DNA from: Podarcis pityusensis | Taxonomy: Eukaryota | Assembly: GCA_964106645.2 (NCBI GenBank) | Contig: OZ067038.1 | Strand: one strand, 5' to 3' | Length of the DNA: 64,000 bases | Shown here: in pieces, positions 47,645-61,707 of the stretch | Numbering within the stretch: the stretch's first letter is position 1 | Layout of the letters: every line of letters begins with the position of its first letter | Translations under genes and position numbers: made by a program | Notes under the pieces: generated by a model | What the model saw: only the letters and a program-made list of their open reading frames with translations | The model's database searches: none | Told to the model about the DNA's origin: nothing

Positions 47645-48648
47645 CATTAGAGAGCCTAATAGCAAACAGCTACATCAGGAAAACCATGCGAATTAAGATG
47701 CATCTATTGTTTTTTCATGTTTTGAACAATTGCTGACATGAGCATGTGCACAGGAGTGTTCCTTTCTAATGCATGTGCACAGGAGTGTTCCTCAGTCTAC
47801 TCTGGTACAAAAGGGAAGAAATGTGCTCAGTTCAACAGATATCACAGCATCCTGAGACCTCCATGAACTGAAAAGGTGGAAGAAGCAACAAGATGAACAG
47901 CAACAAACAGAGATTCCTGATACAGCTTATGATATCATCATGAGAAATGTGCAGGCCTAGCTGGCAGATTTACACTAACCAAGTATTTGGCAAGTACTAA
48001 AACTGAGGTGCCTAAAAACTTCTGTTGTTGCTTTAGCAAAGAGTAGTGGAAAGTGTGCCCCAGCATCCTTTCTCATTTGCAGCTGGAAAGGGGGGGGGGG
48101 GAGAGATCGTTATTGGGAAAAGCCATGTTCTTCTGGTGCTGCAGTCCTCTGCAAACCCAATTACACCATTCCCTGTTCTGATCCGCATTAGGCATGCCTC
48201 AGTGAGGGACCTGCTCTGCTGTAATTCCATCTGTGAGAATTCTCATCCGAAGACAAACCTCCAGCAGAAGAACAAAACCATCAGGAGGCAGGCAGGAGCA
48301 CAGCTAATCCACTTAGGTGAGATTTGAATAAACCAACAAAGAAGGAAAGGGTTCTAGACTAGCGAGCCTAGAAATGATCTGCGCTGGCCCAGCAAAGCAA
48401 AGGCCATAAGACAACTGCCCGACAACCAGAAGTCAGTGGGGAGAGCAGAAGAAAAGGGGAGGGCGGGGGGGGGGAGAAGGGAACACAGTCTATCAGCTCT
48501 CTGAGTCTTTCTTATAGCTTTTCCTTGGCTTCACCCCATCAACTCAGAAATCAAAGAGCTTTGAGCATCAGACGTTTGCGTCTGCTTCATCTTCATCACT
48601 GCCAGACACAGCCCCGCGATTAAAAGAATGGAAAAATAAGGAGCTTAC

Positions 48649-48894
48649 AGATTCACTTTCCCCAGCTGACGCCAGGACTTGCTGCACTGTGGTATCGATC
48701 CACAGGTCTGGCCTCTGCCGATAACTACACGCCACGGGGCTTAATTCTACTCCCCCCCTCCACTTGGCACTACCTCTGATGCTTGGCAGAGAACAGCTAT
48801 AATTTATCCAGACCTCCAAAGACAGAAAGCAGCACGTTTCCTTTGCCTTTTGTCTCCCCGTCTCCTTGCAAGTGGACTTGTTTGGCTGTTTATA
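48649..48894 (-). promoter_or_regulatory. Candidate TATA promoter and non-coding first exon (minus strand)
   Basis: TATAAA on - strand at 48894-48889, several CpGs, donor TCT|gtaagc at 48649/48648. Confidence 0.2.
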
Positions 48895-50139
48895 AGCCTC
48901 ATTTGTTTTCTTCCTGAAATTATATTAGAGCTGTCCACTCAAGTACAAACAGCCCTTAGGGCACTGGGAATTACAGTCAGCGACAGGAAAACAGCATTTT
49001 TGTTTCTTTCTTTTTTATTTAAAGAATCTCTACAAGATGGCCAGTTATTTTATTATAAGCCCATACACACAAAGTGTGCGCAAGAATTAAGGGACATTGC
49101 CGTTAAGACTGTGCACTTGACACAGAGAAGCCCGAGGCAATGAGGGATTGCCTGGTCATCAGACAGATGGGACACTGTCCCAGGCACTGGCCTTGAAAGG
49201 AGTGGCTTTCAGATAGACTTTCAATTACCCTAGAGCTGCTTTTCCCACAGCGAAGAGTATTTTACTGCTGCTTCACTGTTTTTTGGCTGGCCAGGAGAGG
49301 GGAAAAGGGCATAACTTGACATTCTCCAAGAAACAGTGGTACCATCAGGGCAGGCCTTTGAGGCAGACACCCAGGGCCCCATTTTGCAGAAAACAAAGGA
49401 GGCCTCTCATATGAAGCAGGGCTGGCTCACTGCATTTTGAAGTGAGTGAAACAATGCACATTGCCATCTAAAGAGTATGAGAGTAAGACCATTAAGTCCA
49501 GAAAATACCCAAGAGCACTACTGTACTATGAAAGATAATTCAGTAGTACCAGTATTGGACAAAAATAGTCCAGGAGATACAGTCATGATAGCAACGCTTG
49601 GGCATCACAATCCCATAGGGGTACGGAAGCTCTTTGGGGATACCCTACTGGTTATGGAATGCTCACTATATATATTATATAGTGATGTATATATATTACT
49701 GCATAGGTAATGTACATCATTCGGTATGCCATAATTTCCATAATTCAGGAAACTGGTCCTGTTGATCTCAAGAACCATTCAAATTCTAAGAACAGACAGC
49801 AAGTGCACTTGGAATAATAAGTGTGGTAATTGCTATATGTGAAAACAAAATGGCTACAGTTTACAAACAACAATTTGTAAAGCTTTGTGCTTCTGACAAA
49901 CTATGAGTGATTCAACAGTGGGAAGCCAAATTGTAGCTGTTTAAAATTTTGTGACAGGACATCCATGTGAGGAGACTGTTGTAGCCTCTGACCATGGGGT
50001 TAAATCCATTGACTGTTGTTAATCTTAGACGTCCCTGTATTTTCAAGTGACTAAAGAGGGTAGCAATACTGGGTTTAACAGTGCGGTTAGAGGCTGCACA
50101 CTGTTGTAGGTACCACCAAGTGATGTAACATTTATATTA

Positions 50140-50365
50140 CAGTGGTACCTCGGGTTACATACGCTTCAGGTTACAGACTCAACTAACCCAGAAATAGTAC
50201 CTCGGTTTAAGAACTTTGCTTCAGGATGAGAACAGAAATCGCATGGCAGCGGCACGTCAGCAGCAGGAGGCCCCATTAGCTAAAGTGGTGCTTCAGGTTA
50301 AGAACAGTTTCAGGTTAAGTACGGACCTCCGGAATGAATTAAGTACTTAACCTGAGGTACCACTG
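50140..50365. mobile_element. Tc1/mariner (Tigger/pogo-like) MITE
   Basis: TIRs cagtggtacctcgggtta / taacctgaggtaccactg and TA TSD. Confidence 0.92.
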
Positions 50366-50839
50366 TATTACTGTTGGGTCTTAGCCATCAGAATCTATCC
50401 AACGATATTTTCAAAGCCATGGCAAACTAGGAGACAACGCCTACCCTTTCAGGGCTTTTTAAATATGCAACATATACATGTGAGTTTTATACATACTTCT
50501 GAAATTTCTCTTTAAACTATATTAACTGGCAGCCTAGGTTCCAAAACACTGCATTTATGTATTTGATCATCAGAAACTTTGTCTGCACTGTCTTTCATAT
50601 GTAATTCCCCTATCAAGCATTTGCATTAGCTAGGTGGTCTTCAAAACATCTGTTTTGTTAACTTTGCATTAATTGCAAGAAAACATTACTCAGGTAATGA
50701 TCCTGCATACTATCAGATCTTGCAGAATCCTATAGCGATCCAATCACCTACTAGAGTCTATCAAAAACTCTTCTTCTGTTGGTGTCTAGGGGCAAGCCAT
50801 CTTTTGTCTGTCTTTCAAGAAAAAGAGTACCAACCTCCT

Positions 50840-51255
50840 TGTATACTGAGGAGATTTCACCCCTCCCATATCCAAGAATCTCCTGAGGAGTCTGCTGATT
50901 CTCCAGAGAGGAGGAGGCGTGTTCTGCTCTCTACTTATTCTGCTCCAGCACCAAGTCAGTCAGTCAGTCAGTGTCGGGGGCGGGGGGGGGGGGGAGAGAG
51001 AGAGAGACTGAGTGTTAGAGATCGTGTGTAGAGATAAGGTTGCTGCTAAGAGCAGCTGCAGACACTCAGTGCAGTGCAGCATTCATTTATGCTTAGACCT
51101 ATTTAGCTCTGTATATAGTTGTATAATAGTTGTAGATAGAATAAAGAAGATATTCTACAGAGCTGCGTTCCGAGTTGTTTATATACTCTGCTAGAGTCTG
51201 CTGTACTCTGCTGTGTGACGACTGTCTTCTTGTGGGAGTGAATCCGGTGCTCACA
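50840..51255 (+). mobile_element. Probable solo LTR
   Basis: TGT...ACA ends and AATAAA at about 51140 followed by a ~110-bp GT-rich U5-like segment. TSD not exact. Confidence 0.55.
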
Positions 51256-52223
51256 ACTCTAAGCTGTGAGTCCACAGCACTTTGACCTGTTCCTGTGCAG
51301 AAGGTGGTCTCTGGAAGTGCTACCCAGCTCGCCTAGCCCAGTCGGGGCTGAAGTGGATGAGTCCAGTTGGTGGCACTGGCTCAAGGGCGATGCTGACATA
51401 TACAATCTCAGCTTTTCTGTTTCCCAGTCAAATAAATATTTCCCTCAGATTCTTACAGCGCTCAAGAGAATCTCTATTTGGTATTTACTCAATACCGCCA
51501 AGAGTTAAAGTCTGAAACTTAAAACTGGAGATTATAGTGCAAAAATTACCAAAGGCCATTCTTACAAACAGATCAATATGTGTGTTTGTTGAAGAGCTGA
51601 AAAAGAAGCTTCTGTTATATGCAGAACACTCAGCCACTTTGCACTGGCCATACCTCAATGGCAGAGTACAAGTTTTAAAAACAGAAGCCCCAGTATAAAT
51701 CATTGGCATCTCCTGTTAAAAGGATCGGGTATCGGGTGATGTGAAAGACCTTTTTTTGCCTGAGACCCTGGCGAGGCTCTGCCCACATAGAATAGACACT
51801 GCTGAACTAGAGGAACAAACATTCTGACCTGGCATAAACAACTTGGTGGCGGGAGGGGGAGAAGCAAGTTCCTGCTGCAAGTTTCAATATGCAAAATGGG
51901 AATACCACTGGAAAGGCTGGGATGCACCTCAGCTTGTAGACTGATATACCTGTGTAGGAAGGGTAGAAAGAGAGGAACCTCCAATCTTCTTGGACTTTAC
52001 TTTTTTGTACTGACCTACTACTCTGCTTTCTGCATTAGACTGATACTCTCTGGGTTACTGGTCTCCTTTCTTAGTTCCATCTTCATCTTTACTTTGGGAG
52101 AAGAAACATCTTGGTGTCTCTCTCCTGCTGAGATGAAAGAGCAATCATGGCCCTTTGCACTGGCACTTTAATTAGTTAGAAGTGGGATCTTCCCTAGCAA
52201 GTATGTACTTCCTTGAATAAATG

Positions 52224-52780
52224 TGTTGTTGTTTAGTCGTTTAGTCGTGTCCGACTCTTCGTGACCCCATGGACCAGAGCACGCCAGGCACTCCTGTCTT
52301 CCATTGCCTCCCGCAGTTTGGTCAAACTCATGTTAGTAGCTTCGAGAACACTGTCCAACCATCTCATCCTCTGTCGTCCCCTTCTCCTTGTGCCCTCAAT
52401 CTTTCCCAACATCAGGGTCTTATCCAGGGAGTCTTCTCTTCTCATGAGGTGGCCAAAGTATTGGAGCCTCAGCTTCAGGATCTGTCCTTCCAGTGAGCAC
52501 TCAGGGCTGATTTCCTTCAGAATGGATAGGTTTGATCTTCTTGCAGTCCATGGGACTCTCAAGAGTCTCCTCCAGCACCATAATTCAAAAGCATCAATTC
52601 TTCGGCGATCAGCCTTCTTGATGGTCCAGCTCTCACTTCCATACATCACCACTGGGAAAACCATAGCTTTAACTATACGGACCTTTGTTGGCAAGGTGAT
52701 GTCTCTGCTTTTTAAGATGCTGTCTAGGTTTGTCATTGCTTTTCTCCCAAGAAGCAGGCGTCTTTTAATTTTGTGACTGC
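52224..52780 (-). mobile_element. RTE-BovB 3' fragment
   Basis: Intact 167-aa C-terminal frame (YGSESWT...VTKSRTRLND) and (caa)n tail. Confidence 0.95.
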
Positions 52781-53059
52781 TTTATTATTTTCCTAAACTC
52801 AGAGTTTCAGTGTGGTTATAGCCAGAGTGAAGTGGGCTCGTCTAACAGGGATCCAGTGCTCTGTTCAAATTCTCTGAGCGTGTTTAACTCCAAACGCCAA
52901 CACTCTCTGCTTCTGAAGGCCACAATCCCATTGATGGGAGGGGGTACCCAGTCCCTGAAAATGAGGCCTTGCATTCCACAGCATTCTTGTAGCCCAGCTC
53001 CCAGTGAAGGATGGATGCCAGTCTGTGTTAAATGCCTCATTGCCCACTATTAGCAGAGA

Positions 53060-54100
53060 TATGCAACAGGCAGATTGATTAATCCATTGATAAATGGAAA
53101 TGAATCCTCAACCACATCTTACACTAAGGTAACCCAAACCCCCAGCCTGCTCCTGAAAATTTCAAAGAAATTTATACCCCAGCTCCGAAAAACCCCCTAT
53201 CCCATGTTGTGGTGGGGTAAAGCTTTCTCTGAAACTAAAAGATGAAGTTGCCCTTTTTTTTGGTAGAATAGTGTCCTTTTGCATACATGCGTGGGACTTT
53301 GTTTTGGTAATTAGTCCCTGTAGTGCTCAGGTTCTTATTTGGTATCTCAGTACTATATAGGCACTGTGATCTGCTAATAGCTTCTTGCTCTAAGTTGAAA
53401 GTACACGCCCACTCCTCAGTATTTATTTAAGCTCTCTTGACAGACTTTCAGTCACAAAACAGACCAATTTAATCATTTAACTACTTTACTGAGTTTTTAA
53501 AAGTATAAACAATACAAATCAGCATATCACTAATGCAAGATAATTGGTTGTAAAAAAACCCCAAACAATAGTTCCAGACTTAAGGAATTGATTGTTATGA
53601 CAAAATAAAGTTCCTGTGAATCACCAAAAAAAGAACATAATAGGACTGGATGAGAAAATAAACTTAGCACTTAAAAAGTATTAACCTTTTAGTCTTAAAT
53701 GTATAATGGTGTGGTTAAAATATTCCTCTCAGTGTCACATTAGCAATCAGCAGAGATTTAAAAGAGAGAGAGAGAGGTTACAGTGCAAAAAGTTTTCTAA
53801 CTGAATTAAAAGTTTAACAAAATGTCTCATGAAACTGGCCAAAGTTATTCACCGTTAAGAGAATTAGAGCAGTTTGGTTTTATTCTGGAGTGGTCGCTTC
53901 TGCCAGATTCAGAAACTAATTATTTCCCTGAATAGTCTTTATAGGCCAAAAGCACAAACTGATGATTTGGAATGTGAAATGTGAAACTATACTAACTGCC
54001 CTAAATAAATCAAACTTTGGAGTCTTAGGGTAACCTCACAGCTGTATCTATAATTTTCAACAATTTATATCTATTTATAATAAAAATTTATAATAAAAAG
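53060..54100 (-). mobile_element. Old L1 ORF2 fragment
   Basis: AT-rich and strand-biased. Degraded post-RT motifs (IWQKRP..RIK-like). Confidence 0.45.
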
Positions 54101-55779
54101 CCCCTCTAACTTTAACTTCAGTCACATCTATGTATGACCATACTGTGGGTCTGAGTAGAATCTCAGGACCCATCTGCACTATACATTTAAAGCAGTATCA
54201 CACCATTTTAAATAGTAATGGCTTCCCCCAAAGAACCTGGGGAACTGTAATTTTTTAAGACCTCTGAGGGTTATTGGGAGACTGCTGCTTCCCTCTCAGA
54301 ACTACAATTCTCAGAGTTCTCTGGAAAGAGGGCTTGCTTGATAAACCACTTGGGGAACCTATCTTGCACTCTTGCTTCAATGCTTGGGGCAACAATGGCT
54401 GAATGTCACACTCTATGCCTGTGCAGAGAAGGGCGCTCAGCTCTCCACATTTCCATATCAACCTGCAAATTATTATTATTATTATTATTTTTAAATAAGT
54501 CCTCATCATAATTCACCATCATTTTAATATGAGTTTCTCCTAACACGCACATATTTTGTATGCAATTTTGCCTAACATATGTAAGTGGAAGCAGCTCTAA
54601 AATGGAAAGTTAGAATGTCAGCCAAACTGGACCACATGTTTCAAGAAGTAGAGCAGGACACCCAAGGTACAGATGATGAGGTGGTATTCAAATACTGGAG
54701 AATGTTTGGCACATAATGATAGGATGAAGTGTGCTCTTCAATGTCAGCATGGGCTTGAGAAAGTAGCACGATCGGGGCAAAGAAATTGCCTGCTGACCCT
54801 GTTAGTTCAGCTGACTGTCATATATGTTGCATTTTACTACAAAAGTAATGAATGGGAACCAGGGAGGGTGCATTTGAATGAGGCCCCCTTATTTGGAGCC
54901 TGTGAATGAAGCATCCATAGGAAGATTCCTATGAATAAGCCTCTTTTTTGGAATAGCCACATCTGAAACATGCCTCTGTTTTCCTGGCTTGTAATTTAAT
55001 TGAGCTACTTTGTTCAGAAGGAAGTATATATCTCAGCCTTAAATATGAGGTTCTGCCTTTACAGACCTACTACAGATAGCATATGTGAGACACAGTGCAA
55101 TAGCCCTTTTGTCCCATCATTCATGCCTTTTGATGCTGCATTTACAATTGTAAGTAGGACAATTGTGCATTCCATGATTATAATTTTATTGACAGATGGG
55201 GATATAACAGTTATGTCTAATGCATCCCTAAGGGTTGATAATTGAACATAGATTGTGCTCTAGAATGGGGAGATTGGCCTTAAATGCATCTAAATCTCTT
55301 AAATGGACTGGGATGTGATGGGCTGGAAGGTAGAGGGAGGAGAATTATGTGCCAGGTATGAATATAAGATGCATTTTCCCTTTATCAGCCTGAGAGAAAT
55401 TTAACACTTCCCTCTAAAGCCCTGCCATGGTTCACATGAATGTACAACAAATGAGAAAGACAAATGAGCAAGAGAATCGCTGCAGATTGCTTGATGAGCT
55501 TAGGGGCTCCTTGTTTGCTCTTTTCACCTTCACAGCTTATTTGTTTGTGAACTATGCCTCACTCAGGCCCTCCCCTCTGAAGCAAAGCTGACTTGCTAAA
55601 CTGGATAAAACCAGCAACAGTTACACATCACAAGTGACACGCATAGTAACAAGGGGAAAAAAGAAAAGTCCATCCTTAAACTATGCCAAGGCCAGAAAAG
55701 GTGTAGCATGATATGGAGCCCCAACAGATGGGGCTAGATAAAGGAATTTACTTATCCCCCCCCCCCAAGGATGCAGTGT

Positions 55780-56425
55780 CATCGATTACATGCTGGTCCA
55801 TTACGATATTGCAAATCTGATAGTGGACTTCAACCACTGTTGATGTCCATAAATTTAAACTTCGATTTAGAAACAACTAATTGTAATAACACAAAATTTT
55901 GCCAACACGAGCAAATGACCCAACTAAAATGGTCTCAGGAAATGAGTGTAGTGGGGCAAAAACTTACAGTTGATTTTAGAAACCAGATGCTGTCTAACCT
56001 AAAGAATATCAATTCTTGTAGTGACGTTCTGAAACCATATAGTGAAATTTTCAAAACATTTGAAGAGCTCAACACTCCACAAAATGTCAGGGCACTTAAA
56101 TACAGAACTAGTCCCTGGTTTGACGATGAATGTTTTCAACTTAAAAAGAAAACTGTGCCAAATTTTCAGAGATAACCGTACTAAACTAGAACCTGTCTAC
56201 CTTGATGAACAAAGAAAATATCGTTGGATTTTGGCCGAAAAGAAACAAAAATATGCTACCCAAATATAGTCCAAATTACCTGACTCCATCCAAAACAAAA
56301 ACAACAAAGCGTTTGGGTTGTTAGTGTATGGAGGCCTGAAAGCTGGTGACCATTTAGTTGTTCCACCAATTACAGAATCCAAATGGACCCAGTATTTCAT
56401 ATCCATATTTAATGACCTGCAGAGT
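55780..56425 (+). pseudogene. Non-LTR retrotransposon ORF2 fragment (EN end-tether; RTE-X-like clade uncertain)
   Basis: SDH-like motif SGLQPL, PWFDDECFQLK, frameshift in an A run, then SKWTQYFISIF. Confidence 0.65.
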
Positions 56426-56937
56426 GAATTGAATGGAAAGGAGACCAATGATAACAAACAGTGCCGGACACTGTAGAACATATTCTTTTCTACTGTCCAC
56501 TGTACAATCAACTACATAAACACGTGTTATCCCCTTTTTAGGGTAGTTTAACATCATGGTACAATGAAAATATCAGAAACCTGTCTGATATTAACCCGAA
56601 GGTAACTGCAGGCATGGCTGAGTTTCTGTCAATAGTATCTCTTAGAAAGGCACGGTTTAGCGAGAACACACTCCAATGAAAATTTCTGTTACTATATATC
56701 TTATATGGCTGTTTCTTTGTATATATGTTTTGGAAGTCGAATGGACTTCCAGAATGTATTACGTTCGAAAACCGAGGTTGTTTTAAGATGGTCTAGATCT
56801 GTAATGCCTAAGAAAGGTTTGGAGAACGAAAGATATGGAGCCCATAATTTTCCCCTCAGCTTCCCCCTGCCCTTTTTATATATATTTTTTTCTGCTCTCT
56901 CATCTTCCCTGTTAACCTATGGTTTAATTCATAATGC

Positions 56938-57183
56938 AGAAGAAGAAGAGTTTGGATTTGATATCCCGCTTTATCACTACCCAAAGGAGTCTCAAAGCGA
57001 CTAACATTCTCCTTTCCCTTCCTCCCCCACAACAAACACTCTGTGAGGTGAGTGGGGCTGAGAGACTTCAGAGAAGTGTGAGTAGCCCAAGGTCACCCAG
57101 CAGCTGCATGTGGAGGAGCGGAGATGCAAACCTGGTTCACCAGATTATGAGACTACCGCTCTTAACTACTACACCACACTGGC
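56938..57183 (-). mobile_element. Squam3-like tRNA SINE with (CTT)n tail
   Basis: Reverse-complement homologue of 45194-45448. Confidence 0.9.
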
Positions 57184-60100
57184 AAATCCACTGACTGGAA
57201 AGGGAAGTGGCTGGCTTCTGTATTAGGTTGATGCATCAAGGAAAAGATGGAGCAAATACAAGGGAAAGGTAGTTTGTAGGTGACTGGGTGCAGAGAGAAA
57301 TCTTAAGGGCCTATTAGGTATTGCAAACACTGATGAAAGCTACTCATGGCTTTCCAGTCTTCTTTGTGTATTTGATTTGTTGCCCAACACAACCTGTAGC
57401 CTTCAGGATGGATAACACTAAAAATAAATAAAAACAACTAGTTAAAACAGGTAACTTGCAAATGTCAAAGCTTATCAAACCATCAGAGACCAGTGAAATA
57501 AAATACTTATGTTGCTTCCAGAAATTGCTTAGGTTTGGCCTGTGCAAATCACCCAGGAAGGGTATTCCACATTCATGCATTAAGAAGTTTTCTTAGATTT
57601 GTGGGAGTTTTTGGAGTGGTGGTGTGTGTCTTGGGAAGTTACTACCAAATAAATTTAATAAAATGGTAGATAATGGGGAGATTCCCAACAGACAACCCTA
57701 GAAGACAGGAAGGAAAGTATTTGGTATAGATTTTAATAACCGTCTCAATATGAGATGGTTTGGGAAAGGTAACTACCCCCCCCCAATAGCTGGCTTTAGA
57801 ATGTTGGGATGGACATGTTATTCAAAGTTACTTGAGAGAATTAATTATCAGAATGTTGGTAAGGAAGTATTAGAGAGTTAATTTAAACAAGGAATTCATG
57901 CCAACCATTCCATCAATCTGCAGAGCAGAGGGAGAGAAGGGAAGCAGGGCAATTCCATTGCCTCTGTTGAGACACTAGCTACAACTTGTTTTTCACCATA
58001 ACCTAAGAGTGTCCATTTTTTTATTGATCTGTAAGCTGCTCTGGGAGCCTTTTTGGCTGAAATGTGAGTTAATAATGCTTTTAACACCTACTGTATATAA
58101 AATAAGCTGTGAGCAATAATGAAATGACTGTGATATTCTTATGGATGATGGATGTTTTCATGTTTTTGTTATCTTAATTTCTCTGTACTCTGTCAGTCTG
58201 TTCCAAAAAAAATTAAAAAGAGGTGCCCTCTGTTTATCTCAGAGGCTTCAAGTGGGAAAATTGAACTCTGCGGTGTGGGGTATGCTGGGTCTAAGCCATT
58301 TGAGGCTTTATAGCTCACAGCCAGCACCTTGTCCTGAAATCTCCTTCTGCAGCAGATTTTACTACCCTCTTTGCACATTCTTAATTCAAATGGCTTGTGT
58401 TCTCTCCCAGTTTCTTCTCACAATGATCTAAGCAGTCTATAACTGGTCTCAAGGCAATTATGATACAAGCACGAGTTCTCTGAGGAACAATGGCCACAAA
58501 CGTGTATCAGTTAAATAACATTTCCACATGGGTCCTATTCATGATAAGAAAAACTGGTGGAAATCAGGAATCATTTATGGTGGCTTAGAGAAAAGAGAAG
58601 AAGCTTGGGGGGGGGGCTCCCTCTTAGGGTGTCCTGGCTGGCACAGCCCCCTAAAAAACACTATTTATGCCCAAATATTAGACAGAATCAGTGATTAGTT
58701 AGCTGGTAGAGCTGGTTATTGCTAAATTTGTCCCAGACAGCATAAAGTAAGATGTCATGATAGTTATATTCCTCTCTTTGTTTTCTTGCTATCTGAACAG
58801 GGGTAGGGAAAGAGAATGGCTTTTAAAGGCATGCTTGGAAATAATACTTTATAATCCTATGAATACAAAAGGCAATGAGATGAAACTGGTGTCATTACCA
58901 CAGTCTGCAGACTCCCCGATAGTCAGTGCATTATATCTCTGAAGTGAAAAATGTGCTGCGATTAGGCCAGTTTATCTCCAGCGACTAAAAATATCCACAT
59001 CTGTAACTACATATGTTCTCTCTGGAACTGAGAATTAACTACTTTCCAACATTTTGCCTTATTAAAAGTTCTGCTTAACTCCGAAGTTTGAATATTCCTA
59101 TACAAGCAACAACTTTTGTTCTATTTCTTATTCCATGGGCCATAACGTGGCAACAATGGGCTATATTTAATGAGCTCGGGTGGCCTCTTTCAACAAATTA
59201 TTGCGGAAGAGTGGGGTTTGATGTGAAGGAGACTCTTTGGAGCTTTTGACGATCCCTGAAATCCTAGCAGCGTTAGAGAGCTGCTGCCACCCACAGACAG
59301 TTATTAGTATTACAGGCAAACCCCAGGTTTAGTAAGCGACAGGTAGGTCTACTTCCTTTGGTCAAGCAAAATAAAGAAAGATGAGCAAACAGATGTATAC
59401 TATCTCTTGCAAAAAATACCTGTCTCCTGACATAAGTGGCAGTATGCTCATCTGTTTGCCAAATAGCTAAGGAGGAGCTGGGTGAGGACTTTAAATGACC
59501 CAATAGTCCAAATAGTGGACTATATGGTGGTTATAAGGCAGTCTCTGCTAGGGATCATATACATAATGTTTAAAAGAGAGAGGGGGATCAGTTTTTAAGG
59601 TAACTGAAGCATGCGTGGCTTGCACTTTCAATTCAAAGCAAGCAAAGTTCCTGCTCAAGACAGGCCATGTATTAGGAGCGTGATAGAAAGCAAGGCTATA
59701 AAACCTGGTTAGGCTTCTTAGTCCAGCATTACAAGGCTGCATTGCTGTTTGTTGGCCAGCATCCAGGCTTCAGAAGGCTCACCAGCAAGTCTGGGCATGC
59801 CACGCCCCTAGGAGGTGCCCTATCCCACCTTGGTCAGCAGGCAGCCCTTCCTGACTAGTCCTGTGTCTAAACTTCTCTGTGGGTGCCTCCAGATGTTGGA
59901 GGGATTCAAATGGATACTGGGAAATTTAGGTTTGCACAACTACCGTGGATTAAAGTGCTCTGTCGCAGTAGTACAACACACCCGCTGTAAAAAAAGAATC
60001 TTACTTTTTGTGGTTAGGAAAGTGATGAGGAAATGCACTGGAATGTGTGGAATGAATGGGTGATTAATGGATAGGTGTATAAACTCCCCACAACCAAATC

Positions 60101-61479
60101 AGGGTGAATGCTTGTTGTCATATAGCCTCCCTACCAGCAAATTGAAACCAGGTCTCTATACTGCCAGGCATCATCTAACCTCTGTGGAAAGATGGAGGAG
60201 AAATTCATTTCAGTTCACCTTTAAAAGCAAACTTATCAAAGCTTCACTTTCCAAAAATAAGAAGCCAACCGAAACACTGCCAATTCAAAATTCACACTTC
60301 TCTAAATTTTGCAATGTGGTTCTGCAGCCAAGAAAAAAGTGTACAAAAATGCACACAGTGTTGTAAAGCGCTCACTTAATGTCTACATTAGTGAAAATAG
60401 CATACAAAAATGTCTTACATTACGGAACTTTGCTCCCTCCAGCCAGTGGATCTGCAGGTTAGGATTGCAATGTTAAAGAACAGAGATTCATTTGTGGACT
60501 GTTTGTGTAAGATTAAAGCTGCAATCTTAAACACAATGAATAAGACCCATCAAACACAATGGGATTTGCTTTTATTTATTACCTGTTGTTGTTTTTTAAA
60601 TAGACATAAATAGGGTTGCTACAAAGTAAGCAGTATTTATCTATGCGGCGCTTTTCCATGCAGCCTATTAAAAGCAAGGAGGAGATTGTGGAAGGAGAGG
60701 GCAGAGTAGCAAAAAAGCAACAACCAAAGTTCATGGAATGAAACATTTTTGTTTTAAAGCATGGGAGTCTTTAAGCTCGGACTGTACTTTCAAGATAAGA
60801 ACGCTACTGGGCAGGCAGCACCTCAGGCTGCTGCAATGGAGAGTGGGCTGGCTGCTTGATAACACCACAGACAGTCCTATTTCTGCCCCATTTCAAAGGA
60901 GCTGGGTCCGAGTGACTGGGTCCAAGAGGGAAAGTTGGAAGAACAAGCACATGTGCACACACACACAGAGAGAGGCAACATCAGAAGAGGCAAGACTGGA
61001 AGAACAAGCATGTGTGTGTGGCCAACACACAGGCAAGATCAAGGAGCAAGCGCACACATCAAAAAATTGGTACTCATGAAAATTTATCAGTATTTTAGTG
61101 CACATTTATCTCAATATACACATTCTGCCGGCAATCTTGCATAACAAGCACATCTTTGCAAAGGCTTGGATTGGACAGAAATGTCCCTCTGCTGGCAGAG
61201 GGAACTCTGGCAGCAGGGGCATCCATCACGGGGCACTTGGACCTTGTAGCCTGCAGAAAGATCCATGGGCACAGATCTACCCCCGTCCACCAGTGGCAGG
61301 TCCCAAAACAGGGTGTTCCAGAGCAGGTTTGCTGGAGCCAAGCATTCCCTCAAGAAGCCCTGGGATCAGGACCACTAGCCACCAACCATGGAAGACTGGA
61401 GTTGGCATGGTTATTCCTCACCACCATCACCAGTTGGCTTACCAGCTGCTGGAAACCACAGGAGAGGCGAGTGCTCTTG

Positions 61480-61592
61480 TGCTGTGGTGCTGCTTGGGGG
61501 TTACCCACAGGCATCTGGGTGGCCACTGTAAGAACAGGATGCTGGACTAGATGGGCCATTAGCCTGATCCAGCAGGCTCTTCTTATGCTCTT
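61480..61592 (-). mobile_element. Old CR1-type 3' UTR remnant
   Basis: gaacaggatgctggactagatgggcc...gcctgatccagcaggctcttcttatg. Confidence 0.7.
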
Positions 61593-61649
61593 ATGGGCAG
61601 CAGGATTCAAAAGCATAAAGATCCGCTGGGACTCTTACCAGGAAAACCT

Positions 61650-61658
61650 GCACACACA

Positions 61659-61701
<43 letters not shown>
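61650..61701. repeat. Compound (CA)n(GA)n microsatellite
   Basis: Direct tandem repeats. Confidence 0.97.

Positions 61702-61707
<6 letters not shown>

Noticed and set aside
47742-47792. 22-bp direct repeat (also a ~27-bp repeat at 3645-3700)
   Set aside because: Ordinary slippage duplications with only two units. Not an array, and CRISPR is not applicable.
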